From Tubulanus polymorphus (taxonomy: Eukaryota; Animalia; Nemertea), in NCBI RefSeq assembly GCF_964204645.1, contig NC_134026.1:21548150-21612149 (forward strand): DNA of 64,000 nt, given 5' to 3'. The position numbers were made by a program, and so were the translations under genes. Positions 12,517 through 23,013 of this stretch are shown piece by piece. Every line of letters begins with the position of its first letter. The first letter of the stretch is position 1. The notes beneath the pieces are model-generated. The model made no database searches. It worked only from the letters and a program-made list of their open reading frames with translations, and was not told the DNA's origin.

Positions 12517-15062
12517 ATGAAATGATGTCGGCATCAGTTCAGAAAATATTTATAATGGGGAGGGTGGTCATCGGATGAGTAGTATAAAGTGTTTCCGAGG
12601 TTGGAGTTTCATGGCCCTATTGAGGGCTTGTAGCAACGTGTTACTTGTCAAAAAAAAAAAGTTTATTTTTGTTTGTCAGTCGTACAGATTGAATGACCCA
12701 GCAATGAATCTGCAGCAACGGCCGATCCCAAATACATTCGATGCTGAAGGTTTAAACAGTCAGTGGTGTCAGCGCTTGGTGGTAGGCCCTGGATATACAT
12801 GTATATCGTTTGATGAAAAAAAAAATAGAAAAACTTCAGCCTTACTTTAAACAACAGTTTTGAATTGTGTGGATATACTGAACCATCGTATATGTATCCA
12901 TAGTGGACCTGGAACGGTTCATGAATATTCTGTAGAATACATTTATAAACTAGTTATATCCATCAAACCTGATCGGAAGAAGTAACATTTAAAATTCCAA
13001 GTTCTACAGATGGCGACAGGCGATAGGAAAAAATGTCTGTTGCCTATTTCTATGTAAGCAGGGTTAGGACACGGAAGTAGAACGCTCTTGCCACTCACTG
13101 AAGTTTTGTACTAAACATTCTATTTTTTTGTAACGCGTCAACTTGATTTATTCAGTATTTATATATTCTTGGATATACATGCCTTAATTATCATACATAA
13201 TAGTAGTACTTGATTTTAATACATGTAGTCTAATTTATTTGCTGTGTGTGAACTATAATTGTGATATTAATCGGAAATAAAAATTTCACTAAAAATTCTC
13301 GTGTTTGTGTTAGCATTGGACTTTCATTTCTATTGTTAAACCTGATTAATGTGGATCGGATCCAATTGACTTCCAGCTCTGGTTCACCTATTCATAAATG
13401 TATGGAGATTAGGGAAATCTAATAGATTTCTCGCATAAACTGGGCTTAATTCTGTTAGTTCCAGATGATCTGCATTAAGCAGGGTGTACTGTGCAAGGGT
13501 TAGCGTACTTGCCTAGAAAATTCAGCGAATCTGAGAAATCTAGAAAAAATTAGGGAAGTTTGACAATTTTCGCAAAAATCTTCGGGAATTTGGGTATGCT
13601 ATGGCCATGTGCTTCTTGATCAATACCAGCTAGTTTGTGAAAAAATTATTAAATTGTAACATTGCATACTCCAATGAATTTCTCCATTCGCCTTCCGATT
13701 CGCTTTGGAATTTTGTGCTACGACATGGATAATACACAAGACTTGAAGTTCGGAAAGTTGCCACCCAGATGTTGCAAATTTCTCATTGCATGATTTTATT
13801 TTGATCGATTTGTTTGTGTTACTCTTGTGGCGCTTGGCTTATGATTGGCCAGTAGCTAAAATTTATGAGTTTCTGTAACCATGAATTCCAATTGTTACCA
13901 ATCGGTATGCGTTTTAAGTAGAAACTAGCCCACAAATTATCGACCAAATCAGAGATAAGATAATTAGAAATAGTGCATTAGTCTTAGACCGATTATTAGA
14001 AGACCTTTTGTTCTTGCAGTGTATACATATTTTAGTAGTGGACGAAATTTAATGATCGTTGTTATTTGTGACGAGAATTCTGGTTCATTTCTTATTTTCT
14101 TTGTGCTTGTTAATGATAAACGGAAGAAACGGTTTATTCGAAATTCTAATCTAGCTTAATAATACTATTACACTTGTTGCCAAATGAATCGATATCTGAG
14201 TCAGCACGGTGAACACGGGTGTGGGTGGTTTCTGGATGCGCGACTTCGAGGTGCGCGCACAGTCATAGACAGTACTGGGCAGTGCTGTGACGTACGACAC
14301 GACGAGCGTCCGCCACGCGCCTGCTGGTCTATTATTGGACCGTGCTGTATATAAATTTCTTAATATCGCGCCCGCACCGGTTTTGACTGGAACTGGTATA
14401 GAATCGAACTTGCTCGATACGCTCGAGCGCTGACCGTTGTTGTCTCTGCAAGTTACTTCGCGTTTCGGTATGTAGCAATGCGGTACTGATTCATTCAACA
14501 CACCGAAACGCGGAAGTGACACTGCCCATTGTAGCCATGGTAACGACGTGCGTCACAACCGCCTCGCGCACTTATTCCCCGCCGTGTACAACCGCGTGAG
14601 GAAAAAGATCGTGGGTGGTCGTGCGCGTAATCTCCATATTGAATAAGCGCCCATCTTTTTGAGTGCAAAATATCCCTCAACAACTGACCCAAAAATCATA
14701 AGATAATTTACGTTCGGAAGACCATTTAAGAAATAATAAGATCGTGTCGCCATTTTAAGGAGAGGAGTGCGATATTTTCTTTGAAATGAAGATTAAGAAA
14801 GACCCGAAAATCTCATTATGTTTATTTACTGATTAAGACTCTGCTTTTATAAATTTTTAGCGAATAAATCTGTCAAAATAGACGTGTTTCTGATTGTTTT
14901 CGTTTGTCTTTGATTTTATTACGATGCGTTGAAAACGCGAATTGTTGCGATCAAACTGGTAGGATTTGCGCAGCGTGCATTGATAATCATTATTCACCTA
15001 GCGTAAAAGTAGGCTAACTCCGCCGCGCGCGCATTGATATAACTAAGCTGTCTCTACGAGTA

Positions 15063-15161
15063 CTACTTTCACTGGCGGGCGCGGCCATCTTGTAAATTTC
15101 ACAGGAGATCATTCCGTCAAAAAATCTGCGTTAAATCGTCGCATATTCACAACCATCCGCC
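15063..15161 (+). promoter_or_regulatory. Core promoter/5'UTR of 14-3-3 gene 2 with YY1-like GGCCATCTT
   Basis: Homologous to 7450-7545; CpG-rich context. Confidence 0.6.
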
Positions 15162-16015
15162 ATGGACACTATAAACAGAGAAGATCATGTGTACACAGCT
15201 AAATTAGCTGAACAAGCCGAACGTTATGACGGTAAGTCCTTTACATTATATCTAGTTTTAGACGATACGTATTTTCCGCTGAGAAATCTTCCTCGGCTTG
15301 ATGATCGACGCCCTGTCTCAATAAATGCACTGGTTTATGGGCTCATTTTTATCGCGGCTTAGCTATAGATAGAAATTTCGTTTCAAATCTTTGATGTTGT
15401 TAGCGTTAGTTTTTTGTCAATCGTAAATAACTAGCAAATCAATCGCGTACGATTTTGATGTATCGTCATTGTATTTGTACGACCTTTTTATTTGCCCTGC
15501 CCCCTTTTTTTATTGCCTGAGAAAAGGGTCCTTATGATTTTGCTTGTCTTGTTGCAAGAGGGCGAGGTGAATGCGAAAATATCATCAATGCATTGACAAT
15601 GAAGTAAACTTGAGCCCCAGCGAGCATTTGTAATTGTTCGTGAAGACCAAATATATTGATATTGATCACATGATAGTGGCCTGAATTTCTGATGAAATGC
15701 TTAATGTACCAGACCGTTCTACTCCTGTCTTATCGAAGTCATTTATATGAAGAATGGTGCATGCATAGGAGGAGGAGGCTATGTCTTGGATGAAACGGAA
15801 ATGCTATTTATCTTACAGAAATGGTGGATGCCATGAAAAAAGTAGCCAATCTAAATGTAGAATTGTCGATAGAAGAACGAAATTTGTTGTCGGTAGCGTA
15901 TAAGAATGTGATAGGAGCTCGAAGATCATCTTGGCGAATAGTTTGCAGCTTAGAATTGAAAGAAGATTCTAAGTCAGCTGAAAAGAGAGCTAAGATCGCA
16001 GAGTACAAGGCAGTG
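15162..16015 (+). CDS. YWHAE: 14-3-3 epsilon gene 2, exons 1-2 (putative constant exons)
   Basis: 15162-15231 ([23 protein letters not shown]|GTAAG) and 15819-16015 (MVDAMKKVA...[10 protein letters not shown]...IAEYKAV|GTGAG), ending in phase 0. Confidence 0.93.
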
Positions 16016-16953
16016 GTGAGTTTGGAATAAATTTTTGATGGGTGTTTTCTTGTGATGTAGAAGTCGAGAATTCGGCGAGATATTTCCACCATTTTTCGGG
16101 GGTTTTCTTGCCTCGTAATTGAGGTCATCAATTAAGTTGGTCAATAGAAGGCTCTGATAGTAGGCGTCAGTGCATTTCATGTCATACGTAATCTGCTGCC
16201 TTTGATCATAATGAATCATGTAGTGGCTGGTTTGTTCAAGATTTAGATGCTGGATGGTATAAACTGAATGTTTTTTATGCAGGACTTCAGCCGTCAAGGT
16301 TCATTTCATATCTTAGAGCATACAATGCGTTAATGAATCCTTAATGATGATGATGCTGCCCTGTTTAGGGCCAATCCTTATATGCATACTGTTAATATTC
16401 CATATTAAACTTTCGACAATGTTCCTTATTTGAATTTTGATTAGTTGCATGTTAGCTTGATAATTAGGTGGAATTGAATGATATTTTTGACGATTTTCCT
16501 TGTCGCCACTGTAATCGATTGACTTCAGTGATTATCAAAGTAGCTTTTTTATTCTACTTTAAGGTATTTCACTATTGGATGTATTAATGTTAGGCATTGT
16601 TATACTTTCCGAAGTAATCTTTGACATGGATCTCGAAGTAATCTATGACTTCCGAGATTGTGATTTGGTATTAGGCTGGGTAACAGTGACACTATCCTAT
16701 TCCTGTTTATCACATATATCTAACCATACAACATTGCAATAGTATGAACCATGATTTCTGTAACATTTCTGCGCTGTCTTTTTCAAACGTGTTAACTGAA
16801 ATACGGGTTGATTGTAATGGAAAGGTTGCTTACTGTCAATTGCGTTCACGTAAGACTAGGATTTCCATATGTATAATATGGCTTGAATTCGAAGGTGAAA
16901 TTATATTTTTTGCGATATGTCGATGGCTTTAATAGTTGAGGAGAAGTAACAGG

Positions 16954-17385
16954 ATTCCTGCCTTCAGACTACCAGGTAAGCTAAAACCTGATTTTGCTTG
17001 GCTATTGTCTTTAACCAATTTCGTATTTTGTATCTAACACCTCGAGAATCTTCTCTTGTATCATCTCATCATCAGTTAAACCGATGGAACCCTCTTTTTG
17101 AAATGATCCATTTATTTGAATAATAACCTTGGCTAATATTGATTAAAATTTGAGCCTGCATGGTGTGCTTTTATCTCGGGAGTACCTCAGTGAGACTACT
17201 CTTAGTAGTCAAAAGTGCTTCTAATGTGCCTTATCCTGGGATACTTAATTATATATAACCTTAGCCAAAGCCATAGCTGAGCTAACCTGAAGGCAGGAAT
17301 ACAGAGTTATGACAAGCGTCGTTATTGTTTGGCAAATTATTTGTCTTTTTCAGTAAAGGGTATCTGTGGCTTTGGCTTAAAGGTT
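16954..17385 (+). promoter_or_regulatory. Conserved intronic RNA-pairing module A/B/C with cryptic splice sites, 14-3-3 gene 2 intron 2
   Basis: A 16954-16980 (ATTCCTGCCTTCAGACTACCAG|GTAAG), B 17257-17300, C 17364-17385 after TTTTTCAG. A:B is a perfect 14 bp; B:C gives 6+14 bp. Confidence 0.75.
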
Positions 17386-17488
17386 TAGATAGATATTTCT
17401 GAATAATGAATGCGTCTGACTGGCCGCCTTAATCACTTAGTGTGACTTCCTTGAAGAATAATCTTCTTTTTTTTTTTTGTTAATTCAG

Positions 17489-18698
17489 GTGGAGAAAGAA
17501 TTGGAAGAGAAGTGTAATGATATCATCAGTGTGATAGATGACCACCTTGAGCCGGCTGCGAATAATGCAGAAGCGAAAGTATTCTACAATAAAATGTAAG
17601 TTTAACAATTTGTGGCGTTGTCACTGACTTCAAGGTTCATATTGATTTGATTGTTTGATAACAGCTAATCTCATTGTGTATTATAGGAAAGGTGACTACT
17701 ATCGTTATTTGGCCGAGTTCCGAAATGGTAATGGCCGCAAGACAGCAGCTGAAAATAGCCTGGAAGCGTACAAAGCGGCGTCAAAAATTGCCGAAAGTGA
17801 TTTACAGCCGACAAATCCGATTCGTCTTGGTCTGGCGCTAAATTTCTCGGTGTTTTATTTCGAAATCCTCAATTCATCCGAACGAGCGTGTCGGTTAGCG
17901 AAGTCTGCATTTGACGAGGCGATCGCCGAACTCGACACATTGAACGAGGATTCCTACAAAGATTCTACCTTAATCATGCAACTACTGAGGGATAATTTAA
18001 CTCTGTGGACAGGTAAGGAAAATTTTTAGCTCACTTCGGACTAGCAGCCCAGTAAGCTATCGCGTTCACTTGTTCTCTTTCTTACATGGAAACTTTGATG
18101 ACGCTTCAATGGATTGTCTTGGAGGATCAGAAGTTTGGTTATTATATATCTGCCCTAGATACTTCTGCCCAAAAACTGGCCTGATTAGGATGAAGAAGAT
18201 CCTAAGCTTAATGGCATGTTAGGACTGGTACCTGTGCATATTATGTAACCTCAATTAATAACTCAATTCTAGCTCACTAGTTTTATGTGTGGTGAGTTGC
18301 AAGCTCATCGAGACACTATTAATTTGGTCACTAGGGTATCAGATTGTCAAGCTTTTCACCAAGTGGTCATCTTGTCCTTGAGTTCAGTTGATCTTAGGAA
18401 TTAACTTCAGCCCGGATCCACCCTTTCAGACGCACCATTGAGTGATGTCTTGATGATCAATGAATGGTGATGTCCAATATCTGGTAATGATAGTTTTTGA
18501 TTGAAAATGTCTGGTGTTTTTTGATTCTGTAAATCCTGACAGATCAAAATTGTGGATGATTTCGGGCTGATCTCCTTTAGTTCTTGCATCATCAATGAGA
18601 ACCTCCCAAGTTCAAGGCTAGGTTATTCTTGAGAGTACTTGTTTTTATTTTCAGATGGACAGGGTCAAGCTGAGGAGGCTGAAGAGGAACGCACTTAA
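17489..18698 (+). CDS. YWHAE: 14-3-3 epsilon 3' cassette a (exons 3a-5a)
   Basis: 17489-17595 (VEKELEEKC...AKVFYNKM), 17687-18012, 18655-18698 ([14 protein letters not shown]). AATAAA at 20787. Confidence 0.92.
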
Positions 18699-21600
18699 AA
18701 ATTGTCGAATCTTTCCGAGTTAATTGAACTGGAAAATGTTATATTTGCTTGGATATATTATAAATAATTATAATTATTGTCATATTTTGTATGATTTCTC
18801 GTCGCGCAAGGAGTTACATCTGTACATTGATGGGGATCATATTTTTACCGGGATGATTGATAGTTTAAATCAGATGATTAGCAGCAGTTCAGTTACTAGT
18901 TGGCAAATCTTATTTTGGCGTCTACGGTGCTAAGTGTAATTGATCAGTTCAAAAGGGGGCGTGGGTTCAGGCTGTATTTTTTCTTCTTCCAAGTTCAGGT
19001 ATCCACAGAAATTGCTTGTTGTATTTCGTAGTCGCATCCTTCTGTTGTGTTTGTGATTCGTATTATAAGAGGTTTTGGTCTAGACGTCATGTTTACTTTT
19101 TGAAAGGCAGCATTTTGGCTCTAACGCAAACAGCAGATGTACCTCCTGTTTACTGTGTTCCTTACAATTCAGTCCCATTCCAAAATAACAACATTCAACT
19201 TGCTGTAGCATCCCCCAAATAGTTAAGGATCTTTCCAAAGTCCATTGTCTGGAGCAATCTGCACTTAATGAAAGTTCTCAAATCTTGAAATACCAAGCTT
19301 TGCTCATCTCAATTAAGTTATTTTTCAATTTGTTTTTTTATGATATGTATAATTCTTGCGGATCTTGGTTTTAAGTTCCCTTTAAACAATTGCATATCAG
19401 TAGAGGTGCACTCGCAATCACAGAACTCGCTTAAAACACATAATTTCCTTAGTGCAGGAAATTCTTAGCACCTTGCAGATTTTTAAGATAAACTGATTTC
19501 TTTTGTCGATGAGGTCATTTCTGGAGATTTTATTTGTTTTCTAAGTTAGATATGAAACCATTTTCAGAGTACGGAAGATTCCTCCTCGCTTGGTGCGGGT
19601 CAATTATGTTAACCGAGTGAAACGTATTCGGTAAAACCTTCTTCAGATTCTCTGATTTAACTACTTGTCTTGGTGATGAATCTGGCACGGCGGAGTCTGC
19701 TATGTGCATGCACTATGTTTCTATCGTTTATTCGTTTGTGTAAGATGATACAAAATTACTTGGATATTCAGTAAGGAGGCTTCTTTCGTGGATAGACATT
19801 AGATAAAGAGAATTGTGATAAGCCACAGTCTAAGATTGCGGAGAATCTTTTGGGTTTACGGGTCTTGGTATACGCGACATGCACCTTGGGATGGTCAATT
19901 ATTTGTACGTTGATTGGTGTCATGTTGGACGGGCACGCTGATGGCCCTAAGTGTCTTGAATCTGGTTTATTATAATACCGCCTGTAACTTCCAAGTACAT
20001 GGTCACAATGAGCTTGAAAAACTGCTGCGGTACTTGGAGGGTATCAATCTGTAGCTTCCCTTGTGACTTAATACCATTGATCATTGTCTGATCTTTGATG
20101 ATCAATTTTTGCGAACGTTAATGGCTTCTCCCAAGACGTCATACAGCAGCACACTTTTCAGAAGGTCGTTGTGTAGACACTTCACAATGCAATGGTAAAT
20201 GTCTTTTACATAAATCCCAGTTGCAGATTGATCTGCATATGATGCACAATGCTTAGAATTTCTTTTTAAGTTAGTCCGATACTAGTCCTTAAATTAAGTT
20301 CTGTGAGGTTGTCGATAAGGGTTCATTTTATCATCGGTCTAATTTTTTACGTGTCATCGTTTTCTGCTCATCTGTTCAATATCTTCTGACAATCACTCAA
20401 TATGTTTCACGAAAGCCTTGTGTAATTAGAGAGGAAAAATGTATACCCAACTGCTCCACTGATAATTGTTTGGATCGATGACAAATAGTAGTTAAGTTTT
20501 CTGTATGTGTTTTCACTTTGAATAGTAATCTAGTTGTCGCATTGTATTTTCATGTACATACAAACATATCTGTGAAGAAGCTATTGATATTCTAATGTCT
20601 CTGATAGGTTACACAGTCGGGTTTAGCGAGCGAAAAAAAATAAATGTCTCCGATATATTTCCCAGTTACTGCGGTCGTTTGTCGAATCGTCGAGTTCACT
20701 GTTCCCTATTATTAGTAGTATGATTTTTGATTATTGCTCTAATCAGTATCTGTCTTTGTGTGCATGTGTGAAGCTTTTGATACAATAATAAAAAGAACAC
20801 AGGTGAAATTAAAAAAAACAAAAAATGGCTTGATGAAGTTATTCAAACACATTTTCGGTCCGTGTCCCTCGTCGTTGTTTAGAGATAGTTTTCGTTCTGA
20901 TTTTCGGGATTGTATCAGCCAGTTGTCAGGTACGTGGAGATAGATGGCTGCTACTTTCGATCTCGACTCGAAAATTAAGGTAAGAATCATTCGTAGTAGA
21001 CGTCATTTGGTAGTTGTGATGTCGGAGTAGTGTAAGGAGCAGTCGCTTGTGTAAGGATGCCTCAAATAATTAAATGCGAGCTTGTCAATTCCGCTCGGAC
21101 TTGTAGTCGCGACCTCAAGGAAATGCTGCGCACGCGATTTTTTTCCCCATCTTCAGACGATTAGTATATTTTGCGCTATGAATTTGTCAAGTTTTACCCT
21201 GAAAAACAAGCAAATAAAGAGTGATGGATTATATTGTCGGCTTATCATGTCTGTAGTGTTGTTTTATGGAGTTGAGGGTTTTTTCATTTTAAGATATTTG
21301 CGGTGTTTCGAATACCGGAGGCGTGTAACTGTCCGGTGTATTTTGTACATTATTATTCTGGATTGAATCCTGGCTTTTTTGTCGAGGTGATTGAAGTTGA
21401 AACCAAAAGAAAAAAATGCTAATATCAGCGTTACTGCTTCTTACACATACGTGCTTTGTGTTCGATAATTGGACATTCTCAAATACACGCGCAGTTCCCC
21501 AAATTACGTCATGAATTCATTCCAAAATAATGATGTACTGAAAAAAAAAAACGTATTGAATTTCAACAATCGCAGAAATGTTTACAGAGATCGATGACTA

Positions 21601-21987
21601 TTTATAGGGATGAAATTATTTTCTATTTCGGCCAGAACTGTTGGATATTTGAGATTGTTTCTGTTTTGTTGTTCTTGTTTGTTTTTTCTCGGCTATTCGG
21701 TCTACCTAATCTATTGCAGTTAGTTATCATTGTTCCATCGGTTTTCTTTTCCAAAAGTATCTGGCTGGTATGTTAATGGAAAATGTTTAATTCCAAAAAA
21801 ATTTGCGTGTCCGTATATGGTTCATTATCTAGGCGCAACTAACAAAATTCTGATCAAATTTCTTCTTAGATTAGTCACTCCCTTGCCAATTGCCGTCTGA
21901 TATTTATGTTGATACATTGAATTGTGCGTAACCCGTATATTGTGTCGTCTTGTGTTTGTAATGTTATGTATTTTTTGTAATTTTCAG

Positions 21988-23013
21988 ATCGAAGGTGAGC
22001 TCGAACAAAGATGTAAAGATATACTGGATCTTCTCGATGATTATTTGATTCCAGCTTCGATAGATCCTGAGGCTAAAGTTTTCTATTTTAAAATGTAATT
22101 ATCATTATGAATTTGAAGATATTCGTATCTGCTGATTATCGATTTTGTTATGGTAATTAATGTCTCGTGTGACTGACAGTTCATTTCATTTTTTCGTTTA
22201 AAAGGAAGGGCGATTACTACAGATATTTAGCAGAAATCGCGGCCAAAGATAAATGCGAGGAAATAGCCAAAGAAAGTAACAATGCTTACGAGAAGGCAAC
22301 CGCGCTTGCCGAAGAACTAGCTTCGACCCACCCCATCCGACTTGGATTGGCATTAAATTATTCTGTCTTCTTCTATGAGATTTTGGCAAAGCCCGAGGAC
22401 GCGTGTAAAATGGCGAAGAAAGCCTTCGACAACGCGATCGCTGAATTAGAGTCTCTCAAGGAGGACAGCTACAAAGATTCCACACTGATCATGCAGTTGC
22501 TGCGAGATAATCTTACTTTATGGACGTCGGATATGGATGGTACGTATCTCTCTCCCAGTATCCGAGTTAGGGACTATACGTTCATTATGTACGCATAAGA
22601 ATTTCGACTTTTTTACCCCCCGCCCCTTGTATGTAGTGAAGAAAAAATGTTATCACAAAGCTAGGAAATACCTGTATTGATATTAGATTGGTAGCATTGT
22701 CTCGTGATTAGTTTTTGGCGTATTGGCTTGAGCCTTTCGTTGAATGGCTGTATATATATATAAATCATTAGTTTGTGTTCTCAGTCCCTCCCATGCACAG
22801 GCTAGTATGCACAAATGAATGGTCCTCTAATATCCAAGTTCTTGGAAGAGTGTGGATTGGAATATTTAGGGATCTGATTGTTGAATAAAATAATCTAATG
22901 AAGTGATTTTCGTCATGAAATGGTTTTCGTCAGATTTGATAATCCGTTCAGTATGTTTTAAAATATTTTCAGGCGATGAAGCGAAAGTTGAAGACGTCGA
23001 TGATGATAACTAA
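21988..23013 (+). CDS. YWHAE: 14-3-3 epsilon 3' cassette b (exons 3b-5b), no exons 1-2 of its own
   Basis: 21988-22094 (IEGELEQRC...AKVFYFKM), 22205-22539, 22973-23013 ([13 protein letters not shown]). Intact frame, phase-0 acceptor TTTTCAG. AATAAA at 23770 and 24263. Confidence 0.9.

Noticed and set aside
14151-14753. ORFs and hairpin (14452-14520) in the CpG-rich intergenic patch
   Set aside because: No protein similarity recognised; likely repeat remnant or upstream promoter sequence.
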